A DNA stretch of 64,000 bases from Azolla caroliniana (lineage: Eukaryota > Plantae > Polypodiophyta): NCBI GenBank assembly GCA_043228905.1, contig JBHGNT010000009.1:15748001-15812000 (forward strand), read 5' to 3'. A program made the position numbers and the translations under genes. Shown in pieces: positions 26,574 through 37,013 of the stretch; position 1 is the stretch's first letter; every line of letters starts with the position of its first letter. Below the pieces are notes generated by a model. That model saw only the letters and a program-made list of their open reading frames with translations, had not been told where the DNA came from and searched no databases.

Positions 26574-29500
26574 TGTCATGAAGATTTATGGCTATAGTGT
26601 GAAACTGGGGTGGAATAGGGCAAGTCGGTGGTGTGCAACATGTGCATATGTATAGTAGGAAAACGGTGTATAGAATAAAGGGGAGTATTGATCCCACATT
26701 GTAATGTCTCTCCCTACTTGGGCTATAAAAGGAAGGGAGGGGTCTCTCATAAGGGTATACCATTTTGTAGAGGGTCTTCCTTTTGTTAAGAGTTCCTAGG
26801 GTTAGTAACTTCCTATTTTCTTTCTTCTTCTTCTCCTTCTTGACAAGTCGTGCGCCGCAGCTATGGCGGCAAAGCTATTAGGTTAAGTTCTTTTCTTGGG
26901 AGCGTAGCCGGCTCGAAACCGGGGTTGTATCTTTTCCTTTTGTAATATATACGCTTATGCCTGTTTGCACATATTGGTGTATCTGGTGGTGTCGAGAGCA
27001 TAGCCCCTTTGTTTCCTGTGCATAAGAGTCGATGTCCCGTGCATGCTCTTCTTCTTCTTTTTCTCTCTCTCTCTCGTGTTTGGTTGTCTCCGGGTCGTGT
27101 CTGGAGTTGGTTTTCTTGGTGTCTCCTTCTCCCTCGTCCGAGACCTCCCTGGTCCCTCCCCTTCTACACGCACGCGCGTAATAACGCGACATCTTTGGTG
27201 AACCCGACGTGAAAGGGCGGCAAGGGAGAATGGAGTTGGAAGAAGACGACTTCGCGCAACTTTTTGTCGAAGCAGTGAGGGAGTTTGGACGAGCAACAAC
27301 AAGAAGAGAGACGACGCAACAAGCTGTTGAGCGAGTGGTCGAAAGAGTCGGCCGTTTCAACGGGGACAAGGTCCCATTCTACTTGGAAGCCTACAATGCG
27401 GAAATGGAGGAGTGAGACGTAGACGAGGCGTTGAGGCTGGAGTTCTTTTGTCCGGTCGTCATCGTCCGCATGCACGCGGAAGTGAAGGACCTCCAGGAAG
27501 CTCATAGTTCGTGGGAGGCCTTCGAAGAGGCGCTCCTGCAGGCATATGGAGGACGTTAGAAGAGCCGGGGTGGAACGAAAGCGTTCCGAGAGTTCGAGTG
27601 ACGGCTTGCTCGGCTCCTAGAGCGGGAACAAGGTTTGGTGGAGGCGGACAGAGTCCTGTTGTTCGTTAGGTCGATCGACCAAGCGGAACGGGAGGCCATC
27701 GGGATTGTGCTTGAAGACGAGGACGGAGCGAATGGCCTCACGGAGTACTGGTCGAAGGTCGGAAGGGTATGCCAAAGGCTAGATGATGAGCGGGTCAAGA
27801 AGGCTAGGAGGAAGGCGCGCGACAGCGTGCCATCACAGCGGGAAGAGGTAGAACAACAAAGAGAGTCAGCAAGGCTCAGTTTGGGGGCCAGGATTGTGGA
27901 GGTGTACGCAGCTCTCGAGGCAATGCTCGAGGAAGAGGAAAGATCGAGGCCGCAAGCCGACGCCGAGGAGACGGACTTGCCCCACAAGATGGCAGAAGAT
28001 CGGTACCACGGTACCATGGGAGAGGGTGCGGAACGAGCCGCCCTTTTTACATGGGGAGAAAGACCAATCGGGCAAAGGTTGGGAATCGAAAGGAAGGTGA
28101 TCAAGGGTTCAGAACGACTACGGCAAGATCGGCATCGGAGCTGAAACTCCAGACATTGGAGAATCAAGCCCAGGAGGACTTGTTTGATCACAGAGCGGAT
28201 GCTATCCATCGACGCCGCTAAAAGGGTCGGTGGCCTAGGACAAGCCGTCAGGAGTTGTTACGAATTCGGTATCCCCACATCTTGACCAGAGACTTCGGCA
28301 GTTCGGCCGGCAACGTGAGACCGAAAGAGAAGGGAGATGATGGGGAAGCGCAAAGAAGGGGATCGACGGCGGCAAGGAGGAACGAAAGAGGCGGTTGACT
28401 GAAGTATGGGTCCTCCACACTCATTCATGAGACTTAGGCGGTTGCGTCCAAGAACCAACGGAAAACCTAACAGACGGAAAGTGGCGGTGAGGACGCGGAG
28501 GTCACGCCCAATACAACCGTCCCGAAAGCGAAGAACGAAGACCGGTCCTATGGGGTCCTCACACCGATCTGAAGACATTGGCAGCTAAAGCCGACGTGGC
28601 CGCGTGAGACCGAGTGAGAAGGATGGTGGCGGTAGGAAACGGGACCCGGCAATGCGAAGTGACGGACGGACCCGGACAAGAACCGGGCGGAGCAGACTTC
28701 GGGATAACCGATCCGGAAGGGAGGAAGAGGCAGGCCTACGAAGAGGCCGGAACACGGTACATCGGTACCACGGGAGAGAGTGTAGAGCGAGCCATGCTCT
28801 CGACATGAGGAAAAGGACGACCCGGGACAGGGTCGGGGAGACAGGACGAGGCCCAAGGAGGATCCTTCACACCGGATCTAGAGACTTCGGCGGTCGGCAA
28901 CGGATCCGACGTAAGACCAAGAGACTGACGGTGGCGGCGAGGTGACGAGGGTGGAAGGCATCGAAGGGCCGGTCCTATGGGTTCCTCACACCATTCTGGA
29001 GACACCGATAGTTCAAGCTAACGTGGCAACCTGAGACCAAGTGAGAAGGATGGTGGCGGCAGGAAACAAGAACCGGCGATGAAGGATCGAGCAGAAGGGA
29101 AGGTCCCACGGAGATACTCGCACATGATCGGACGGCGTGAGTCCTAAAGGAAAGGACGGTGGCAGCAGGTGAACATGATTGGACGGCGAAGGCAAAGTAG
29201 CAAGGAGGTATCAGGCCGGCACGGCGGCCACTAACCGAAACCGGGGTGAAAGACAATGTGGAAGGAGGGAGAAGAGAAAGAAAGACCGGTCCTATGGGAT
29301 CCTCACACAGATCCGGAGACACAGTTCAAGCCGACATGGCAACGTGAAACCGAGTGAGAAGGATGGTGGCGGCAAGAAACGGGACCTGGTGATGCAGGAA
29401 GAGCGGACCGGTAGCTGGCAAGGCCGGAGTTGACGGGGGTCGAACCCTTACCGGCCGGTTATGATTTCGGAAGGAAGCCGATAAGGGGTAAGCACGGAGC

Positions 29501-30788
29501 GGAACAAGAGACGTGCTAGGGGCCATCGAGGGCCAAAGCAAGCAAGAGTACGAGACGGCGTTCAGAACACGCGGTTCCGAACAAGGCGAAAGACACCACG
29601 AGGACCATAGAAGGAACAAGTAGCGCGTATTGGGGTCACCGAAGGACCGAAGAACGAACGCGCATTCGGGAACAATAACGGCACATAGGAAGAGCCTACG
29701 GAAGGCGAGCGTGGAGGGGAGAGAGTCGGCACGCAGAGGTGTTCGGGATGCGGAGACGATCGAACTGACAGAAGGACATACGCGGTACGCAAGGCGCAGA
29801 ATCTGGTGTACAACCGAAGTGACTGGGAACCCAATCAAAGGGCATATATGGCGAATTGAATGGAGCCGATAGTTCGGGGACGCATGGCAGATCGGGAGGC
29901 TACGGCGGTTTGTGTGGAAAGGACGGGCATGCTCGAAGTGGAAGAAGAAGTCGAGCAAGGTCAACAAGGATGGCCGCGGAGGCAAGTTCCCGGAAGGAGG
30001 AGAGGCGCGGTCCGGAAGTCGACGGGTCGAGGCCGGCAAGACGGATCGGGGCCGGTAAGGAGCCGAGGAGACGGTCGGATGCCAGTAAGGCGGAGGACCC
30101 GGTTATTCACCAACGCCGAAATCTCTCACCCTTCTCCTTTCTTGGCACATACCGGTGGATGTGCGGTTTGGTGGGAGCGGATGTCGTGAAGATTTCTGGC
30201 TATAGTGTGAAACCGGGGTAGAATAGGGCAAGTCGGTGGTGTGCAACATGTGCACATGTATAGTAGGAAAACGGTGTATAGAATAAAGGGGAGTATTGAT
30301 CCCACATTGTAACGTCTCTCTCTCCTTCGGCTATTAAAGTAAGAGAGGGGTTTCTCGTAAGGGTATACCATTTTGTAGAGGGTCTTTCTTTTGTTAAGAG
30401 TTCCTAGGGTTAGTAACTTCCTGTTTTCTTTCTTCTTCTCCTCCTTCTTGACAAGTCGGGACCCGCAGTTATGGCGGCAAAGCTGTTATGTTACCTTCTT
30501 TTCTTGGGAGCGTAGCCAGCTCGAAGCCGGGGTTGTATCTTTTCCTTTTGTAATATATACACTTATACCTGTTTGTGCATATTGGTGTATCTGGTGTTGT
30601 CGGGAGAATAGGCCCTTTTTGTTTCTTGTGCATAAGAGTGGGTGTCGCGCGCATGCTCTTTTTTTCTCTCTCGTGTTTGGTTGCCTCCAGGTCGTGTCCG
30701 AAGTCGGTTTTCTTGGCGTCTTGTTCTCCCTCGTCCGAGACCCCGGTGGTCCCACCCCTTCTACACGCACACGCGTAATAACGTGATA
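26574..30788 (+). mobile_element. G3: non-autonomous (gag-only) member of the tRNA-Trp-primed family
   Basis: LTRs 26574-27191 and 30182-30788; TSD GCGT/GCAT; PBS at 27196; gag N-half (GRFNGDKVPFYLEAY, RVLLFVRSID); no PR/RT/RH/IN motifs found. Confidence 0.85.
28544..29400 (+). repeat. Dispersed ~110-bp direct repeats inside G3
   Basis: GGTCCTATGGG..CCTCACAC at 28544, 28971 and 29288, each followed by GTGAGAAGGATGGTGGCGG (28614, 29041, 29354). Confidence 0.85.
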
Positions 30789-31585
30789 GCATAATGCGGA
30801 ACCCAGATGTGATAGAAGGCGCACGCTCCCAAGAATCTCCGGACTTCCGTCGCTGAACTAAATTCTTCTTTCATCGCGGAGATGGCCTCTACCTTCGCCG
30901 GGGATGGTTTCCAGTCATATGGTCCGCACAAATGCCCCAATACCAAACTTTTGGATTGTCCGAAAGCCGACTTCTCCCCGGAGAATGTAAGCCGAGTGCC
31001 CTCGAGCCTCTGCAATATCTTCTCGCAGTCGGAGATGTGATCCGCGATAAACCTCCGGCATCTATCTGGTCGGACCGATTCATCCTTTACTTCCACCAGA
31101 CATCCCTTGATCGGGATGTCGTCCAAGAATGGCATGGTGATGTCCGGGATGCAGTCCCTCAACACTTTGTTTATTGCGTTCACCATATGCGCCACCGAGT
31201 TGGTACACATCTGTACTAAGCCGAGGGGGGTCCGCATCGTCGTGATATCCCTACTCTCCACGGCTAGCTGGAACTGGTCGTATCCCGAGTATAAGTCCCC
31301 AACCGAGTAGATCGACCTTCCAACGAAGGCCTCCGTGAACTCATCAATAGTTGGCCCGATTCTTGCGTTCCGAGTGGTCACCTTATTGACCGGCTACAAG
31401 TTGTGAATGAAGTGTAACGTGCCATTCTTCTTCGGCACCATGAACCACTGATTCGAATACAGGGCACTCGACGGCTCAAGAATACCCATCTCTACCTTCT
31501 ACTTTAACAGCTCCATCAACCTCGGGATGTGAGCTCTTAGAACTAGAATCGTTTTGAGATTCCACGACACATGCAATACCGTGAA
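30789..31585 (-). pseudogene. pol: G0 RT fragment
   Basis: DLYSGYDQFQL..MPFLDDIP..RRFLGACAFYHIW; LPQGAT is deleted. Confidence 0.9.
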
Positions 31586-32076
31586 TGTTAAGAAAACGTG
31601 AAGAAGGCACTCGGGCTCTTCTTATGTGCGCGGCGGATCGTTAGCGTGCTCTAAACAGACAAAGAAAGGAAAGGGGACTTACCTCTGTAGTAGCAAAATG
31701 GTTTTCTTCTATTACATGTAGAGCTCAACTTGCTCTCGTCAGTCTTCTGGTCTCTCACTCTCTCTCAGAGTTCTCTACTCACTATTCTCTGTTTTTTCTT
31801 ACTGCTTACTTCCTATTCACTCTCACTTACTTTTACCTAAGTCATAAGTTATTACACATGCAGCTAATTAGCTGCCAGTAGCTAATTAGCTGTCAGTCGC
31901 TAAATAGCTGTTCACTAGCTAATTAGCTGTCACTAGCTAAATAGCTGTTTTACCTTTTTGTTCACTAGTAGCTAAATAGCTACTATAGCTTATTTCTCAT
32001 AAGCATCACATACCATGTTGAGCTTGCTTCTCAACACTCCCCCTCAAGCTCAACTTATTCTTGCTTGAGGTTCTCT

Positions 32077-33711
32077 TCAATCTTCTTTTCCATTTTGCTT
32101 TTTAGCCATCTCATCAATGTTTACAACTCCCATCATGTTCCGAAACTGTGTTTGCTTTTCCACACTCAATCCCTTTGTGAGAATATCAGCAACCTGCTGA
32201 TTTGTATTCACATACACCAGATCAACTTCTCCTTCAATCACTTTTTCTCTAACAAAGTGATAATGCACTTCAATGTGCTTTGTTCTTGCATGGAACACAG
32301 GGTTCTTTGCAAGTTGAATGCTGCTCATGTTGTCACACCAGATTGTGACAGTACCGTCTATATACTCTCCCAAATCAGCAAGCAATCTTCTAATCCATAC
32401 CTCTTCACAAGTGGCTATGGCAGCTCCTCTGTACTCAGCTTCAGTACTAGACAATGCAACAGTAGCCTGTTTCTTGCTATTCCATGAAATACCTGCACTT
32501 CCCAATGTAAAGATATATCCACTTGTGGATCTCCTGTCTGTTTGGCTTCCAGCCCAATCAGCATCTGTATATCCTTCCAGATTTATGTCCAAATCAGCCT
32601 TGTAAAACAATCCATAGTTCTGAGTAGCTTTTACATACCTCAGAATTCTTCTAATGCAGTCCAAATGTGGCTTTGTTGGCTGTTGCATAAACTGGCTGAC
32701 TAATCCAACAGCATAGCTCAAATCAGGTCTTGTTATAGTCAAATAAATAAGGCTGCCCACCATAGACCTGTACATGTTTACATCTTCTATCTTGGCTCCC
32801 AAATCAGCCCTCAACTTGCAGTTTTTATCAAGTGGTACTCCAATAGGTTTGCATCCAAGCATACCATACTTTTTCAACATAGTTGTTGCATACTGTTTTT
32901 GCAACATACATATACCACTTTCAGATCTGATGATTTCAATACCAAGAAAATATCTCAGATCTCCCAAATCTTTCATATGAAACTGCATTTCCAGATTTTT
33001 TTTCAACTTTCTTATTTCATCCACGGAATCTCCTCCAATAATCAAATCATCTACATAAATCAGAATAATAACAATGCAATCATTTTCACTTTTTACATAC
33101 AAAGAAGGATCAGCTTTTGACATTTTGAAACCAAGATTTTTCAGAGAATCTGAAAGTTCTCTGTGCCATGCTCTTGGTGCCTGTTTCAGTCCATAGAGAG
33201 CTTTTTTCAGCTTACATACATAATCAGGATGTTTCTTATCTTCAAAACCTGGTGGTTGACTCATATACACTTCTTCTTCCAAGTTACCATGTAAAAAAGC
33301 ATTTTTTACATCCATGTGATGCAAAATCCATTTTCTGGCTGCTCCTACAGCAAGTAGTGTTCTCAAGGTTGCCATCTTTGCAACCGGTGCAAAAGTCTCG
33401 TCATAATCAATCCCTTGCATCTGAGCATATCCTTTTGCAACCAATCTTGCTTTATGTCTACTTACATTCCCATTGGAGTCATGCTTTGTCTTGTAGACCC
33501 ATTTGCAACCTACCACATTTTTCTCTTTTGGTAACTTCACCAAATCCCATGTTTTGTTCTCAGCCAATGCATCAATCTCTTCTTGCATTGCATCCATCCA
33601 TTTCTTCTCAAATTTTGCTTCTTCAAAGCTGTTTGGGTCAGGGATCTGTACCACCTTAGACATATATGCATAGTGCATAGCCATATATGTATCATACCCA
33701 AATCTTTCCAC
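32077..33711 (-). CDS. pol: C1 RT-RNase H, in frame with the upstream ORF but separated by two TAG codons
   Basis: [40 protein letters not shown]. Confidence 0.9.
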   Translation of the reverse strand: MERFGYDTYMAMHYAYMSKVVQIPDPNSFEEAKFEKKWMDAMQEEIDALAENKTWDLVKLPKEKNVVGCKWVYKTKHDSNGNVSRHKARLVAKGYAQMQGIDYDETFAPVAKMATLRTLLAVGAARKWILHHMDVKNAFLHGNLEEEVYMSQPPGFEDKKHPDYVCKLKKALYGLKQAPRAWHRELSDSLKNLGFKMSKADPSLYVKSENDCIVIILIYVDDLIIGGDSVDEIRKLKKNLEMQFHMKDLGDLRYFLGIEIIRSESGICMLQKQYATTMLKKYGMLGCKPIGVPLDKNCKLRADLGAKIEDVNMYRSMVGSLIYLTITRPDLSYAVGLVSQFMQQPTKPHLDCIRRILRYVKATQNYGLFYKADLDINLEGYTDADWAGSQTDRRSTSGYIFTLGSAGISWNSKKQATVALSSTEAEYRGAAIATCEEVWIRRLLADLGEYIDGTVTIWCDNMSSIQLAKNPVFHARTKHIEVHYHFVREKVIEGEVDLVYVNTNQQVADILTKGLSVEKQTQFRNMMGVVNIDEMAKKQNGKED

Positions 33712-33792
33712 AGTCTTTTTCTCTCTATCTGATCTTCTCAGTTTCTAATTTGCATTCTTTATTGCCTTTTCCATACCAGGGATTTTCATTTC

Positions 33793-36402
33793 CTATATTC
33801 CAAGGAAATCATCCAAAGACATATCTGAATCTTCATCTTCCATGTTTTTTGATAGATCATCCGGGATTTCATACTCTGGCATTTTCTGTTTTCCTTTTTT
33901 GTCATCAGATTTTTTCTGTCCAGTTTTTCCACTCCATGAATTTGAATCAGATTTACCATCTGAGCTTTTTGATGGTCCAGAACATTCTGTTGATGTTGGA
34001 CTTTGCTGTCCAACCTTGTCTCCATCTCTGTGACAGTCTTCTACATTTTCTGATCTGTCTTTGTCTTCATTTTGACAGTCTTCATCAGTCTCTAGATTCT
34101 GTTTTGGGCTGTACCAACTAGCCAACTCATCAAATATCACATCTCGACTTGTCACAATCTTTTTAGTCACAGGGTTATAACATCTGTACCCTTTTTGTTC
34201 TTCTGAATATCCAACAAAGATACATTTTTCTGCTTTTGGATCCAACTTACTTCTTACTTCTGCAGGCACATGTACATATGCAAGGCATCCAAACACTTTC
34301 AAGTGTTGTAAGCTAGGCTTCCTGCCATAAAAACACTCTTCAGGAGTTGCCTCATGTACTCCTGATGTAATACATCTATTTAAAATGTAATTTGCTGTAT
34401 TTACAGCTTCTGCCCAATAGTATAATGGCATGTTCTTCTCAGTCATCATTGCCCTTGCTATGTTCACCAAAGTTCTGTTTTTCCTCTCAGCAACTCCATT
34501 TTGCTGTGGAGTATATCGGCATGTGAACTGTCTTCTTATTCCCTGATTACACAAAAAATCAGAAAATTCATTGGAGAAATACTCTCCTCCTCCATCAGAT
34601 CTCAAACATTTTATCCTTGTACCAGCCTGCTTTTCTACCATGCATTTAAACTTACGAAAACAGTCAAATACTTCACTTTTCTCCTTCATGAAGTACACCC
34701 ATGTCTTCCGTGAACAATCATCAATAAATGTAACATAAAACCTGCATCCACCAATAGATGCATTCTTTGTTGGTCCCCATACATCTGTATGTACCAAATC
34801 CAACAGATTTTTGCTTACATGTCTCTCATGAGGGAATGGCAACCTGTTTTGCTTACCATATTGACATGCTTCACATACTTTTCCCATTTCACACTTTTTC
34901 AAGTTTGGCAGTCCAGCCACTGCATCTTTTCTCAACATATTCTTTAATGTTTGCATACTTATATGGCCAATCCTTTTATGCCACATTTCCACATCTGAGA
35001 TTACACTCGTTCCATTTGCAAACATGGCTGAAATCTGTTTGGGCATTTCTACATCCAAGATAAACATTCTTCCTTGTCTCTTCCCTTTTGCAATGAGCTT
35101 CCCATTCTTTTCTATATAGCATCCACTTTGCTTAAACTTCACTTGCATACCTTGCTCTACAATCTGTCCAACAGAAATCAGATTCTTAGCAAGGTTTGGA
35201 ACATGCATCACATTCAACATATACTTGGTTTTTCCTCTTTCTTCCCACAATGGGATATCTCCAACATGTTTTATTTGGTGAGTTGTGTCATCACCTGTTT
35301 GTACATAACCAGGAACCTCTGGTTCTCTTAAACTCTCAAACCAATTTGCATGTCCAGTCATATGGTTAGATGCCCCCGAGTCTACATACCACGTAAACTC
35401 TTCATTACATTTCTGTGAGCTTTCAGCCACTGCTGCTATCTCATGTTGCACTACAAAAACACCTTCCTTTTCACAATCTTCACTAGTAGAGGCATAGTTA
35501 CTCTGTTGTCCTTTTCCTCTTTTCTCATCATTTTGTTTCTTGTAACATTCAGCCTGTGTATGGCCTGGTTTACCACAATACCAGCAGCCATCATCATTTA
35601 CATAAGTTTGCTTACCTCTACCTCGGTTGCTCCCCCTGCCTCTGTTGTTGTTTCTTCCTCTAATGGTTTGTTGTCCTCTTCCTTGATAACCATTATTGTT
35701 GGTTCTTGCTGAGCCAAATCTTCCATGGCCTCTTCCTCGGCCTCTTCCAGCACTATTATATAGGGCTTGCCCCTCATTCTCAAGATTTCCTTTATTTACA
35801 TCATCCATCTGATTCCTTTCTTCTACTACAAGCATTGAGACCAGATCTGAAAAACTTGGGATACTATCCCTTGTGAACATAGAAGTTTTAAAACTCTTGT
35901 ATTGAGGTCCTAAGCCTCTTAAGCATATTTCCACTTTGTCATCATCTTCTATCTTCACATTGATAGAAGCAAGTGATTCACATATACTCTTGATTTTTAG
36001 GGCATACTCATTTATTGACATCTTACCTTTTTCTAAGGTATTTAGCTCAGTCTTCAACTGTAGCTTTCTAGCTTTTGTGTTTACTGCAAACAGTTTTACC
36101 AAACTGTCCCAAGCTTCTTTTGGGAGCATAGCATCCTGTATGTGCCCAAGCATCGAATCTGAGATGCTAAGTGAGAGCCAATGCATTACCTTCCTTGCCC
36201 CTTGATTCCAATCTTTGAATGCTTTAATCTGTGCTGCTGTGGCATTTTCTTCTGGGATCTCCGGAGCCTCTTCTAGGTCTCCTTCAATGTAATCCCAGTA
36301 TCCTTTCCCCATTAGGAAATTTGTCATTCTGAATTTCCACGCCGGGAAATTGTTTTTATCTAATTTCTCTGTGACCATTTGGCCTACATTCTCTGCAGCC
36401 AT
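33793..36402 (-). CDS. gag: C1 gag-protease-integrase
   Basis: KLDKNNFPAWKF, CWYCGKPGHTQAEC, WYVDSGAS, WHKRIGH, DVWGP, TPQQNGVAERKNR; 869 aa open. Confidence 0.9.
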   Translation of the reverse strand: MAAENVGQMVTEKLDKNNFPAWKFRMTNFLMGKGYWDYIEGDLEEAPEIPEENATAAQIKAFKDWNQGARKVMHWLSLSISDSMLGHIQDAMLPKEAWDSLVKLFAVNTKARKLQLKTELNTLEKGKMSINEYALKIKSICESLASINVKIEDDDKVEICLRGLGPQYKSFKTSMFTRDSIPSFSDLVSMLVVEERNQMDDVNKGNLENEGQALYNSAGRGRGRGHGRFGSARTNNNGYQGRGQQTIRGRNNNRGRGSNRGRGKQTYVNDDGCWYCGKPGHTQAECYKKQNDEKRGKGQQSNYASTSEDCEKEGVFVVQHEIAAVAESSQKCNEEFTWYVDSGASNHMTGHANWFESLREPEVPGYVQTGDDTTHQIKHVGDIPLWEERGKTKYMLNVMHVPNLAKNLISVGQIVEQGMQVKFKQSGCYIEKNGKLIAKGKRQGRMFILDVEMPKQISAMFANGTSVISDVEMWHKRIGHISMQTLKNMLRKDAVAGLPNLKKCEMGKVCEACQYGKQNRLPFPHERHVSKNLLDLVHTDVWGPTKNASIGGCRFYVTFIDDCSRKTWVYFMKEKSEVFDCFRKFKCMVEKQAGTRIKCLRSDGGGEYFSNEFSDFLCNQGIRRQFTCRYTPQQNGVAERKNRTLVNIARAMMTEKNMPLYYWAEAVNTANYILNRCITSGVHEATPEECFYGRKPSLQHLKVFGCLAYVHVPAEVRSKLDPKAEKCIFVGYSEEQKGYRCYNPVTKKIVTSRDVIFDELASWYSPKQNLETDEDCQNEDKDRSENVEDCHRDGDKVGQQSPTSTECSGPSKSSDGKSDSNSWSGKTGQKKSDDKKGKQKMPEYEIPDDLSKNMEDEDSDMSLDDFLGI

Positions 36403-37013
36403 TTTTTTTCTCCCAAAAACCAGGGTTTTGCTTTAGTTACTTCAACAAGTAACTTTCTGATTTCTCTGATCAGCAACCAGAGAAATAACTTTCTCAGATT
36501 AAGGCACTGCTATACTCTTCCTTACGAGCTACTCTGCTCTGATACCATGTTAAGAAAACGTGAAGAAGGCACTCGGGCTCTTCTTATGTGCGCGGCGGAT
36601 CGTAGTGTGCTGGATCGTTAGCGTGCTCTAAACAGACAAAGAAAGGAAAGGGGACTTACCTCTGTAGTAGCAAAATGGTTTTCTTCTATTACATGTAGAG
36701 CTCAACTTGCTCTCGTCAGTCTTCTGGTCTCTCACTCTCTCTCAGAGTTCTCTACTCACTATTCTCTGTTTTTTCTTACTGCTTACTTCCTATTCACTCT
36801 CACTTACTTTTACCTAAGTCATAAGTTATTACACATGCAGCTAATTAGCTGCCAGTAGCTAATTAGCTGTCAGTCGCTAAATAGCTGTTCACTAGCTAAT
36901 TAGCTGTCACTAGCTAAATAGTTGTTTTACCTTTTTGTTCACTAGTAGCTAAATAGCTACTATAGCTTATTTCTCATAAGCATCACATACCATGTTGAGC
37001 TTGCTTCTCAACA

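Larger units (their letters stand above)
31586..37013 (-). mobile_element. C1: young full-length Ty1/Copia element (Bryco/RLC5-like)
   Basis: LTRs 36548-37013 and 31586-32036, nearly identical apart from a 15-bp indel; TSD GTGAA/GTGAA; PBS TGGTATCAGAGC (tRNA-iMet, 36536-36547); PPT GAGGGGGAG. Confidence 0.97.
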
